Below, in pieces: positions 39,660 to 62,199 of a stretch of 64,000 bases of DNA. Made by a program: the position numbers and the translations under genes. This DNA is from Euglena gracilis. Its lineage: Eukaryota. How positions within the stretch are numbered: position 1 is the stretch's first letter; every line of letters starts with the position of its first letter. The notes under the pieces were generated by a model that was not told where the DNA came from, made no database searches, and saw only the letters and a list, made by a program, of their open reading frames with translations. The stretch is taken from positions 22,704,954-22,768,953 of the forward strand of contig CP154954.1 of the NCBI GenBank assembly GCA_039621445.1, written 5' to 3'.

Positions 39660-42600
39660 AAGACCTCTTCTTCGACAGCCTAATTTCTGGTCGCGTCTGA
39701 CCCCATCTGCCAGGGTTCCCACACAGGCCTGCCTGTGCCACTCTTTACCCACCTGCGTCAGTTTTCTTTTTGCAAAGGGATATCTTTGCTGGAAAGCATC
39801 TTTTTCAGCAAACACCTCCACTTATAAACCGAAGGGGAGGGGGGTTACAAGTGGGGTTTATAAATCAAGGAAATTTTGGTGACAATCTGACCCTCCTAAA
39901 TGACCCCAGGACCCCCCTCAATTTGTCAATTTTTGGCAAAATTTGTCAAAAATGGCATGCTTGATGATGGTCAGTTACAATGAAACTGCCACAAATCAGT
40001 TTTGGGAGGTTGTCCCAGCGGCTTTTATTTTTCATCCCTGGGGGGGGGGGGGTTATAAGTCAAAGTTTGGTTGGTCGCCCAAGGGGGGTTTGCAAGTGGG
40101 GGGGGGGGTCGCTGAACTCTTATCTTTGACGATGAAAATTCCTTGCTTTGGCTCCCCCGTTCCCCCAAGACCAAAACTTTTGTCATTTTTTTTATTTTTT
40201 TGGCATCTTTGCATTTTTCTGGTTATGCAAAACGTACAAGCTCCTGGCTGCTTCCCCAAATCGTGTGTGGCAGTAATGCCCAGCGTAGGCTGGCCTGGCT
40301 GGAGCCAGATTGCAAACGTTTGGTCTAGGCTGTGCCACATTGCCTCGCGGTCAATGGCTTCCGCCTGCCCATTGGCGCCCGACTCTCACCCCACTCTCTT
40401 GTTGAACAAGGCAAGTTGACAGTGGCGGAATTTTTTGAAGGTCCAGAAGGGGTCTCAATTTTTGGTGCGAAGCCCCAGAAGATGCTTTGGACCAAAAATG
40501 CTCCCCCCCACCCTCGTGGGCCCCTGGGGGACTAGGGGTGTGTGGGACGGTGCCAGACCCTCCTGTGTCCTAAACATCTTTGGACCAGGGCTTGGGGGGG
40601 AATTCAAATGCACGTTTTTTGTGCCTTTTCCAGTTTTTTTTTGATTTTTGCAAAAGTTGCATTTTTTCCCCTGACGATTTATTGATTTCTGCTGGGGAAA
40701 TTTTTGGACGTACAAATCTCCACTTTTTGGAACTTTTTTTCGCCTGGAGACAAAATTATTGTTTTTTCCTTGCATTGTTGCATTTTTTGTCCAAAAAATT
40801 GCATAAAAATTTGCATTTGAACCAGAATGTTCCCGAAATCGGACCAAAAATATCCTTCAAAATGTAATCATTCTCCTATGAAATTTCATTTTTTTGCTAC
40901 AATTGCATTTTTGTTGCACAGTTTGCCCTGTTTCCCCCCTGATTTTGTTTTTTTTTAGGTGGAAAAATGTGAATGATTGTATAAATATGTGTCATCTAAA
41001 TATATGTGCAATGTTAGATAATGAAAAAATTTCACTGGAGGAGATGAAGTTTTTCCAAGTCCTCTCCAGCAGAAAGTGTACATCCCAGGGGACTTTATGG
41101 ATGTATTTACATGCAACTTGCATGAGGTTCTGGACTCAATGACCAAGAGATCGTATAGATTGAGATGTATTTCATGTGCACAGTTAGGTTTCACTATGGA
41201 CAAAAAGTAAAATCAATTTCTCTTTCTTGGTACAAAGTCTGGATTACAATGCCACGGGGAAAATTCCAAAAAGTAACAGGATAATGGGGAAGATGGGGAT
41301 GAGCAAATAAAGAAAATTTGTGTACACAATGGTGAAAATTGAAATTTTGGTAAAAGAATACAGGGCAACCCAGAATCCGCAGAGAATGCATGAGAGAACT
41401 GGAAAGAGCCGGAAGAAACGGGCGAAATCTGACAACAAGTGTGCTGACTGACAAACACCCATATTGGCACATCTTCAACGTCTCTCTCAGCCATTCCCTC
41501 CCGGAAGCCCCAACCCGCAGCCTCTCATCATGGGTGTCCGTCGCAACCGCCAGCGGTCGACTCCAATGTTTGCTTCTCATCCATGCTGCCCTCCCCCACG
41601 GTGGCCACTGTTGCCACCGCTGCTGTTGCCACAGCTTTGCCTCCCTCCTCTGCCTTTGCGAGAGCGAGTTCGGGCCTCGCACGCGACCCCCACCCCGGCC
41701 CAACGGCCCTCTCGGGGCCCGCAGCCCGTCCAGCCGTGTGCTGTGGCTGAGGCCTCCTTCCCCCCGGACAGTCGCCGGGACGATCGACCGTTGCCTCTGG
41801 CGGCTGCGCTGCTTCTGCCTGCCAGGCATTGGGAGCAAGCACACTGTTTGAGGCACGATCGTCCCAGGCAATCCCAAGGCACCAAGGAAATGCCCCTTGC
41901 CACCCCAGGCGGCTGGTAATTTTCATTAGAAAAGCCAACCAGAAACCTATGATACCTACGTTTGTTAAAGCAGGGTTTTTGAATGACCCATAACCGCATC
42001 AGTCCTTCATCCACCATCGTGATTTAACGTGATTTCACTGGGAAAAAATCTGACCAAATCTTGGATTCGTGGTTGTTCGCGAATTCTCGTTCCTATCCAT
42101 CCACCTCAGGTTTGCAGTTGGGACAACAATTTGCCTACCCCCCTCTGGGGAATTGTCCTCTCCCAGGAAAATGCCACCTAACCTCTGTACTCGCTGACCT
42201 GTCACCTTCCTCTGTGACCTGTCAATCTCAATTTTTTGGGGGATTTGACGTTTTCTCACAGAAAATAAATTTTTTTGAAGGTGAAAATTGAGTGGACCCC
42301 ATTTTGGAATTTTAGCCACAAAAATATGAAGGACAGATGAAAGAATCGCTTTTTTTTGGATTTATGGGTCAGTGGGGTGTCAGGAGTTTTGTCTTCTTCT
42401 TTCCAACCCGGATCCCGAGGAATTGTCACCTAAGCCCCGTCCGTACTCACAGACCTGTCACCATGGGGACCTGTCACCTACCTCTGTACTCGCTGACTTG
42501 ACAGGTGAAAATTTCTGGGATGTCTGAGGAAGCGTTTTTTCCGCTTCCTCCTCTTCCGCTTTCTGCTTCAAACCGTCCAAAATTGTTGGGCAATTTATGC

Positions 42601-42778
42601 TGCCTGAGGGAGAAAGTATTGGAGTCCACCAACATCGGTTTTTCTCATCACCATTTTTTTATATATTTGCCATCCTCTTTGTCATTTCCCTGGCTGGAAC
42701 ACCTTGGGGTTTTGTTTTTTCGTTGATCAAATGTGTGAGTCTGAAATTGCTGAGTATTTTCTAAGGAACTCTCAAGTA

Positions 42779-43154
42779 ACCCCCCCCCCCTAATAAGTGC
42801 ACGGCTGTGCACATTTTAAGGACGTAGTTTTGGACGCCAAGGGGTACACTTATTAGGGCACTAATAAGTGCGCAGCGCCCTAATAAGTGCACAAAGTACA
42901 ACATACCACTCTTTTTCAGTTTTCCCCTTTCTTATGATGTCAAGCTATGAGTTAAGTGATTATGTAAAAATATTTGGCCTGAGAAGGACAGTTCTGAGAA
43001 TTATGTGTGCTTTCCAACCTGAGATGTGACAGTGATTTCTCCTTTGGGTGTGTGTGCACTTTTAGGGAGGTAATTTCGGACCCTTGGGGGGTGCACACTT
43101 ATTAGGGCACTGTGCACAATTAGGGCACTGCGCACTTATTTGGGAAGGGGGGTT
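42779..43154. mobile_element. TA-flanked MITE
   Basis: C run + AATAAGTGC at left, GCACTTATT + G run at right, TA outside both ends. Confidence 0.65.
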
Positions 43155-44374
43155 TAAAGGGACACTGAAAGCTTCTCAATTCCCAATGCAATTTTTGCCA
43201 GTATGTTGCAGCGCAATGATGTGAAGGATACACCATTCCTGTGTATTACAAAGAAACAAGTATGACTGACAATGATTTGAAGAGTTCAAGCACACCCACC
43301 CACCTTAAGACTTGCCCTCTCTTAGTGCGCTTAACTGCTCATTTTTTGATTGAATTATCAACACATCATTGATCCACCTGCATTTGGCCTTTTTCCTGCT
43401 TCATTTGTCAGAGATCATACCATATGTTCTGAAAATTGCATAACGGCATCAAAGTTGTGCAACTCTGTTTTTTTTTTAAACAATGGAAAGTTTTGCCCTT
43501 GGGAAAAAACCACCTCTGCCTGTGAGAGGTGGTTTGCCTGCTCCGACCCCTGCTGTGACACTGTCAAGGCACATCGCATGCAGGTTTTTATCTTCGATCG
43601 GCATCTTTCTTGGACCTCCCAGAATGATTTGTTTTGTTTTCAAGGTTGGTATTCCAGATGGGGACGAGTATAGCTAATGGCGAAGGTCAAACTGCTCAGC
43701 GTCGAATTCCTCGTGATCCATAACCACAGATTCAGATCCACTTAACACCTGCGTGACCCATCTGAGGGGATTTCGAGAGTGGGTGGGTGGGTCCTGGACC
43801 CCCTCCCTGGGGGGGGGGGTTAGGAGGTTTGCACCCCCTACAGGGCCCTGGAGCATAATCCCTCGGCCTCATTGGCTGTTTCCCGAATGGAAACAATCCA
43901 AGGTATCCTTTTGAGCTTAGCCTTATTTTAATTTTTTTTCTGTGGAATTTTTGAAACTGTGGGCAAAGATCACAAACTTTCGACCGGGGAGGGTCTGGGG
44001 GTCGATGTCGTGGTTTTTTTTCTGGTTCGTCCACACAAAAGAGCCACCCTGAAAATGCATTGGCGGGCTTGGGGCCATTTTCCCTTCGAAGTGGCCAACC
44101 TTTGCCACCGCTCCCCAACCTTTTAGTAATGTGCGGTGTGCGTGCTTGTGCAACCTTTTCGGCTATAGGGGGGCCCTTGGCCTTCATCCCTCGGCCTTTT
44201 TGGCTGTTTCCCGAATGACCGCGTCAAATCACGCACAGTCACGTCAAATCACGATTGAATTGCGTCGCTGGCACGGTTTTGTGAAAAGTGTGGGTTTCCG
44301 CTGCAGCAGGATGGAACAGTCCCCACCTTTGTTGACCAAATCGTCTCCGGGCACAGCGCCTCGCCCTACACCAC

Positions 44375-44787
44375 ATGGCCGCGGAGGCCACCCTCCACCT
44401 CTCGTCCGCGGACGTCCCCATGGTTTGGCCGACTGCCCAGGCCTCGGTTCTGCTCTTTTCGCCTCAGAGTGGGGGGGGGGTACTCTCCGCTGTGTGCCCA
44501 ACCCTGGCAGTGCCCTTGGCGTACTTCGACATGGACGCCGGGACCCTGGGCGCCATCAAGAAGTTCCCCGCCTTCGCGGACTGGGCGCTGGCAGTACCCA
44601 GCCACCCCGAGTTTCGCGTCACTGGGTAGGCTTCCGTTCGTGGCAACACAAGTTGTGGACAAGATGAGTGCTGTGCTGTCACAGACATCATGGTGCCTGA
44701 GTGAGTGTGTACATGAGTGAGTGAGTGAGTGTGTGTGTATGCCGTTTGGTGTGGTACATGGCATGGCGTGGCGTCGCATGACGTCGT

Positions 44788-44858
<71 letters not shown>

Positions 44859-47800
44859 AGTTATTAAGCCAGACCCGTCCTACCACTGGGGGTCCAGCCA
44901 CCCAGCACCTTTTCCCCAGACAGCAGCTCCCAGCCAGGCTAAGGACCCCCCCCCCCCCTGAGCGGTAATAAAGTTTTGCAGCCTGTAAAGCCGGCCTGGA
45001 CTGAAAGTATTTGAAAAGTGTTCAAAATATACAAAATGGCCATTTTTGACCGTCCATATTTTGGCTGAAAAAGTACATGCCAGCTGAGTTTGAGCCCTTT
45101 TTTTTGCCTGTTTTCAGGTGCAGCTGGGTCCAGCCCGGCAGCCGGTAGGACCCCCCCAGCCAGCCAGTACCTTTTTCCAGCCGCACCCCAGGGGGTCCTG
45201 AAATAAATTAAATGGTGCATACGTATGCCAGTCCCTGAGCGGCGTCACGGAAGCCTGTCACCAAGGTGGAGGTGGAAAATGTGCGGTGGATTGGGCAGCG
45301 AGTCGATGGGGTCCGGGCAAAGGTGGACGTGCAGTCGACGTCTGGTCAGGTGGTGACGCAGGCCACAGGGTTGCCTGTCGTTTGCCATTGCCAGTCCGGG
45401 CCGTCGAAGGTTCTTCAAGCATTTTGGTGGGGGGGCGGTCTTCACGAAGAATGGGCGGCTGGGTTTGGCACTGGAACTTTTTTTTTGTGTCGGATGACTC
45501 CACCCCTGGGGGTGGGTGGGTGGGTGGTCCGGGGCCAAGCCCCCCCCCAGGTGGCTCAGAGAGGTCCCCACGCCAGGGGGCCTGAGTCTGAGCTGCCAGA
45601 AAAGCTCCAGAAAATCTTTAGAAAACGCCTTCAGACACTCCCCCCCCCCGCCCCGGGTTTTGAGCTGTCCTGGGTGGTGGGGCGCCCCTCCTCCTTCATC
45701 CTTCTCAGGGATCGCAAAGCGAATCTCTGGATACCACCGCTGCGCCATTTGGGTGAGGAACACTGGAACTTCCCAAAGCGTGGCACACACCACACAACCC
45801 CCACACAAGACAAGCAATGAGAAGAAAACAGGTCTATCCATAAGGTTGCCAAGCCGGAGGGGAGCCACCATCTGGGCCAGGGGCGGTCACAAAAATACAA
45901 GAGAATCAGGCGGCCTAAATGAGACTCCCCCCCAAAGCTTTCCAGCAAAGCACCTAACTCCCCGCCCCCCAATTGAATCACGGGGCCGCAACAAGCGCAG
46001 GGTCCAAATAGAGAGCACCTGCTGCCAAAGGCGACGATCCGCTGCAAGCGCACCCCTCATTTCCATGGGATTTCTAAATAAAATCAACAAAAATCTCGCA
46101 GGTAGGGTCCAACTAGAAGCGCACGCCCCCGTCGCGGCCGTCCGACGCCCACGGCTCCGAGGCGGCGGTCCGCTGTAAGCGCAATGTGCTTCTATTGGGG
46201 GTTTAACAGTAAGTCCCGGGTCTTATTTGGGGGACGGTCACAACAACACCTGCGGGGGTCTGAAACTCTCCTTCATCGAAAAAGCAGAAAACGGCGGTTT
46301 ATTTGAAAGGCTCGGCCGGCAGCGATTCTGCGGCAGCGCCGTGTGGCGCGGTGGTGGACACGGCGGAGCACAAGGAGCTGGCGGTGGTGCTGCCCGTCCT
46401 GCGACGGCCCGGGGGGCAGTTCCTCTTCCTCGAGCGGAGCACCTTCGTCACCCCCGGCCGCCGCTCCCTCGTCGCCCTGCAGGGCCACGTGGCGGGGCCC
46501 CGGGACGTGCCCAGGGCCACTGGCCAGTCAGCCGTTTGAAAACCTGACGTCGCTCCAGCTCGCCAAACTTTTTTTTTTGCAGTACGGGTCGCCAATGGTC
46601 ATTGCGCCAATATCGACCCCCTCACAAGGAACCCCCTGGGCTGCACAAGAGAGTCAGCATGGTTTGGAGCCCCCCCCCCCCCGGTGCTCGTCCGCAATGT
46701 CGGCCCCCCCGTCGGCGTCCCACACCCTGCCCCCAGTGCTGCGCGACGCCGCGGCGCTGGAGGCCATTGGGCTGCACCCCAGCCACGCTGTTCCCTGGTG
46801 GGTGTCCTGCCCTCGCAACCAGGCTCTGCTTAAGGGATTGCAGTACCCCCCCCCCCGAGTGGCGTGCTGGATTGCAGCTAGTCCAAATTTGGCTAGTGGG
46901 ATTTCTAGCAGACCTCCCCCCCCCCGGGAGGTCTGCTAGCAGGGCTAGCTAGTGGAATTTTTTTTCCAGTGACCGGCCCCCCGGTCCTTAAGCAGAAGCC
47001 TGCTCGCAACCCGGGGGGTGCATATACCCACCTAGTTTGAGAGAGAAAAGGACCTAAGAATATACACGTCCCGAGTGACGTGGCATGTGGCGTCACTCTA
47101 ATCATGCATGACCTGTCCATTCGGGACACACCAGAGGTACACGAATCCATGGCTGAGAGCAGTGATGAGAGCGAGCCCCAGCAAGCCCGCAGGTGGGTGG
47201 GGCAGTGCCTGTGACGCGGGTATGACTGGCTTTTTTTGAGTGATCGGCTGGCTTCCCCTCCCACCCCAGAGAAGCGACGGTGTGGCCCCAGCCCGGCGGA
47301 CATCACGCCCCTGTCCCCCAAGGCGTTCCACTGCAGCACCGACGGCAGCGCGGAGGCAGTGCGCTTCTTCTGCTGGACGATCGGCGACCGCCCCATGACG
47401 CACTTCCCGGCGCCGTACGGCGCGCAGGCGACGGCCGGCGAATGACCACAACGCTGAAGGTGCGGAAGGTCTTCCAGCCCCCTGGGGCCAATTTCTGTAC
47501 CTTTCTGAGCTTCCAGGGGGTTCTCATGGCAAGTTTTCAGCAAGTTTTAGGGTTTCACATACCTAGCCCCCCCCTGAGAAATTGCTATGCCCGGGAAACT
47601 GTCATGGTCCCAGTAAACCCCCCCCAAAAATAAGACCCCGGGTCCATTTCATGGGTCGGTTGCTGGAAAGCCCGAGGGGGGGGGGTCTTATTCATGGGGG
47701 GGTCCATTTTATGGATTTTTGCTGGAAAATTTTCGACCCCCCATAATGTCCAAAAATGCCCCCCAAAATACCATTTTTCGAAAACTTCGGCGCTTCGCGC

Positions 47801-48482
47801 CAGACAAATAGGGGAAAATATGCTGAATTGTATGGAAACTGTCCCAAAATGACAGATTTACCGCCCAAAAATGGCCTTTTTTCAAAAATCCGGCGCTTCG
47901 CGCCGGCAGGGGGGGTCTTATTTATGGGGGGGGGTCCATTTCATGGATTTTTGCTCGGACCGGCCAGGGGGGGTCTTATTTTTTGGGGGGTCCATTTTAT
48001 GGGGGGTCTTATTTTGTGGGGGGTTACTTGGTAATATCAAGGTCTCCGGTGCTGGCCGACCTTGAGGTGACCGTTTCCCAAGGGGGCAGTTTCACTTCTT
48101 TTGGAGCTTTTTTTGCTGCCCAGCTCTGTCCCTCCCAGGGGTGGGGGGGGGCTTCTGTCCTTTCTGATTCAGTGTGTTGTTTAGCAAAATAACTATTGTC
48201 CTCAGAACCTGGAGCCTGTGGCAGCGGGCCAACACCTGGGCGGCGGATCTGTCTCAACTGATGGCTTGGCATCATTCTTCGCAACAACCGCCCCACACAC
48301 CCGCATCACCACTCCCCCCCCTTCCTGCCTGGCGCCTGCCCCCCAGCCACCAGTTCGTGCTGGTGGGGGAGGCGGAGGTGGAGGAGCAGGTTTTCGGCCA
48401 CGCCGCGGGCAAAGGGGAGCTGCGCATCACGGACGCCAACACCGTCCTGGCGCTGGCCCTCTACCGCAAGCTGCAGCGCGGC
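44375..48482 (+). CDS. Nudix-fold protein (ADP-sugar pyrophosphatase/NUDT14-like) lacking the Nudix box; multi-exon, ends uncertain
   Basis: Exons: FPAFADW...FRVT|KVEVENVRWIGQRVDGVRAKVDV...G, LAVVLPVL...TPGRRSLVALQG, AALEAIGLHP|SPADITPL...STDGSAEAVRFF, ITDANTVLALALY. By memory they are collinear with plant NUDT14-type proteins. Possible upstream exons near 41500-41850 and 43650-43720. Confidence 0.6.
44788..44856. repeat. (GT)n microsatellite
   Basis: Direct inspection. Confidence 0.95.
46820..47002. mobile_element. hAT-like MITE, TIR CAGGCT(T)CTGCTTAAGG, perfect 8-bp TSD CTCGCAAC
   Basis: TSD at 46812-46819 and 47003-47010; internal sequence shared with 58758-59149. Confidence 0.92.
47616..48024. 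mobile_element. TA-flanked MITE
   Basis: TIR ACCCCCC.CAAAA(A)TAAGACCCC / GGGGTCTTATTTTG.GGGGGGT with TA outside both ends. Confidence 0.7.
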
Positions 48483-50608
48483 TGCCCCCCCCCCCCCCCC
48501 CGGGCTCCCCCTTCGCCTGAACGGGTGCACGGCTTCTCTGTGGTCTGTGGGGTCGCCTGCGCACAAGGTGGGTGCTTACTTCATCCATGCGTGGGGTGGG
48601 TTTTTTTTGAATGTTGCAACTTTCACTTCCTCCATCCTCCCGCAGTTCGATGCCAACCCTCAACGTTTTGGACCCGAACCGATGTATGTCTGTTGTGTGT
48701 TTCAGCGTTGCTGCTGGCGTGCCGCTTCCCTGCAGCAACCTCGAACTGAACACTTCTGTTGCGAAGTCGGAAGTGGCAAGGCGATAAGAGGGAAAAGGGG
48801 TACAGGGTGGTCCACACAGAATCGGATTTTTCTAAAAAAGGCTTCTGAAGGTGTGGAGTTTTGCCAGCACTGGCAAAACTCCACACATGTCAAGATTCTC
48901 ATGGAAGAGATTTTGCGGCATTTTTTTTGAGCTGGTTTAGGTATGGGAGAGGAGAAGCAAGGAAGCAGATAAGGGGTAACGGGTCCTCATGTTGTGTGGA
49001 TCTCTGCCAAACTGGTCGTCATTGCATGCAAGCAAAATTATTGGTTCGTGGTTCGTCTCCACCCTACCCACACCGGCCGTTTTTGGGACCAAGACTTTCC
49101 GGAATTTGCATTGGGACGAATTTAAGCTACTTTCTTTTCTTATTCCTTTTCCTCGAATGGCTCTCCTTGAAATACTTTTTTTGTTGTGTGCACAGCAAAC
49201 AGTGCCCATACCCATTTCCTTTCTACAAGCATGTTTGTCTACATCTGAAATTTGATTACCATGGCCAAGCAAAACATCTCGAAAATTTGTAGGAAGATCT
49301 GAAATTCAGTTAGATCCAAATTATAATAATTTTTCGTATCAATTTTTAATTCGGCTGTATGTTCGACTTTGTTTGATTTTGGGTTCGATTCTTCCCGAGC
49401 ATGCAGGGATGCAGGAAGGTCTAGAGGGGGGGGGAGGTTGGTAATGCAATAAAATCTCTGCGTCCTTCACAGGTCGTTTGTGATCACGATGCATGCAACG
49501 TACTGCAGCGGACGATGGGTCTCGACGTGACTCTGTTTCAGCCACCCCTGGATTGCATTCATGCTTCATTTTCTTCCACCATGGTACAGGGGTTGACATT
49601 TTTTTAAGCATGTTGATGCCGAGATATGGGAATGAGTTCTGATTGCATGATGTTGTGTGTGCCCCAAAACCCCCCCCCCCCAAATACCCCCCCCCCCCGA
49701 AGCCCAGCCCAATCCTAAAAACCAAAATCCCCCCAAACACGCAACCTTTCCCGTTGGTTGTTGACAACCCAAAAGAAACAGTTCTCTAGACTCCTAGGTG
49801 CAATTTTCCGTTTTCCGATGAAGAAGGGCCCACACTGTCCCAACTTGGCCAAGACCACTGGGAGGGACAGGAACGCACCCTCATAACAAGGAGGCAGGAG
49901 GACGTGCCACAGTGGCAATGGATTCTCTCAATCATTCCAATGAGGCAGCCAAGGAGGGAAACCCTCGGCTCAAAGATATCCACACTGTATGATGTCTTCA
50001 TTATGTCCACATTATGATTCATGTCTACATTATGATATCTACCCCTGCATGAATAATTGATGCCAGAATGGGGGGCTGCGTTCTGGGTGGGCGAGAGAAA
50101 GCCGGGAGAGCTCCCATCCTGGAGGGGTGCACTTTGGCTGTTTGGTGCGGAACATCTTCGGGACAGGCAGCCAAAACGGGGCGGGGGAGGATGGTGGTCC
50201 CCCAGAAACTGCTGAAAAATCGGCGGTCATTATTGTGACCGGCAATTGCGACCTGTTTAACTGGTGAGTTTGTACAAAGTTTGCACAAAATAATACACAC
50301 GGCCCAGGGCAGGCTCTGGCTGCCGAGAGGCCATCTGAGGACCTCTGGGCGACGCCGCCTGCCACAGCTTTACATGCCGAGCCAGTTTTTTTTGCACGTG
50401 TTGCCTTTCGGTTTTTATTTGGGGAAATGTTGGACGGTGCAAGGGAGCGTTGCAGATGCGTTTGCGCAGCTTTGTGGCTTCCGCGCAGCTGGCGAACGGT
50501 GTGCTGCCTTGCGGCTTACCCGGGGAGGGGGTGGGGTAGGGTTGTGTGCCCAGCGGCCCATTCCTCGGAGTTCCTGTGCGTTCCAGAGGTGCCGGCAGTG
50601 GTGTGGCG

Positions 50609-60644
<10,036 letters not shown>

Positions 60645-62199
60645 TGGCTTGCTGCTGGCCCCCTGACCACCCTGACAGTGCCAGAGACTGGCGAACGAAG
60701 TGACGGGGTCCATGGCTTAGTGCGATGCGGGTGAACAGATGCCAGTGCAGGGAACTCAATTCACCGCAGTCACATTATTGTGTGTACCCGCCTTGATTTG
60801 TTGGTTTACTGGCATTTCTCCTGCCACCAATGACAAGACACAGCATGTGGAAAAGAACATGCCAGTGACACTTGCATGCACACGCGCGTTCAAGTGCCAG
60901 TGTTCCAGTGCCCTCAATAGTTGCCGGAAGAGCTCGACTAACACAAGTGCCGGCTGCCCCCGCCCGCCCCGTCCAGTGAGGCCCTGGCGGCGGTGGACCC
61001 GATGGACCTCCTCTCCCCCCCCTACCCCGCCTCCCAAACGTCCGGGGAGAGGGAGCCCTTCCCCTCCACCGTGTCCTCTGCCGCTCAGGCCCACCCCCTC
61101 CCTGGGGCAAGGGGTTTTTTTTTTAGTCTTGGACCCCGGGGGGGGGAGGGTGGGTGGGTCTGGCCGAGCCCCCCCACCCCCCCCCCGGGGGTGTCCCCTC
61201 TAGGGGGGGTGGGATATACTTTTTGGCGTCGAAGGTGCCGAAAAATTTGAAAAAGTGCTGTTTTTAGCATTTTTCGCAATTTTTTTATCCATTTTCGGGG
61301 AAAAGTTAGTGGGTCCCCCTCCCCAAAATGGCCTCTCCGGTCCCAGGTCGTTGGGTTTGGGTGGGTTCGGCCTGGTCCCAACGCCACCCCGCGGCTTCAG
61401 CCTCCGCCCGACGAGCCGCCGTCCCCGCCGTTCCCTGGCCGCCCACCATTGACTAATGCTGGGCAGCCCCCCGAGCCCCCCTCCCCTCCAGCCTGACAGT
61501 GCCGCGAGTGTCCAATGAGTCGAGGCCAGACTTTGTTTGGGGTGGCGGTGGCTGATTGGTCGATGGTGTTTCGTGTCTTTCCAAAAGTGCGGGGGGGGGG
61601 CTGAGGAGGGCGTCGGGAAGCCCATTGCGGTGTGGACAGTATTGGGCGCCCCTTAATCGTCCCGAAGGTCCCCCAGATTGCCAATCAATCTGCCCTTTTA
61701 TTGTCGTCGCACGGCTCGGGATGGCTTGTGCGGCGGTCCTGCCAGCCCCGACACATTCGGCGTTCGCCACACCAGAAGGTGGCACCAATCCGCCCTCCCC
61801 CCCATGTACTCCACTGTCCCCTCCTGTCGGGGCGAGCTGATCCTCTTTACACTTACTTGAATTTCTTGTGCGACATTTTCTTTTGCTCGGCCGAGAAAGT
61901 GTCGTCGGGCCGTTGGGACACATTTTGTTGTTTGGTGCACTTGGAGAGTTTGCCTGGGGAACCTGGTGCATTCCATTTCGGAGAGAAATCTGCCTTTGGC
62001 ACATCAATGTCAAACGGTGCCAATCAGTACCAACGCCAGAGTAAGTTATTTCCCCCAGGTCCGATTTCAGCAACAAAAATATGGAAGAATAACAAAAAAT
62101 CCATGACAAATTTCCAGAAATTTTTTCCAAAAAAATATTTTTTTTTGTCACAAAAGAAAACTGAAAAAGAGGGTCGTGGTGGAGTAATTTTTGACGCCA

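Noticed and set aside
48900-50400. Possible small minus-strand gene or snoRNA between the Nudix-like and EGF genes
   Set aside because: Short ORFs without motifs or consistent splice signals; no complete C/D box pair.
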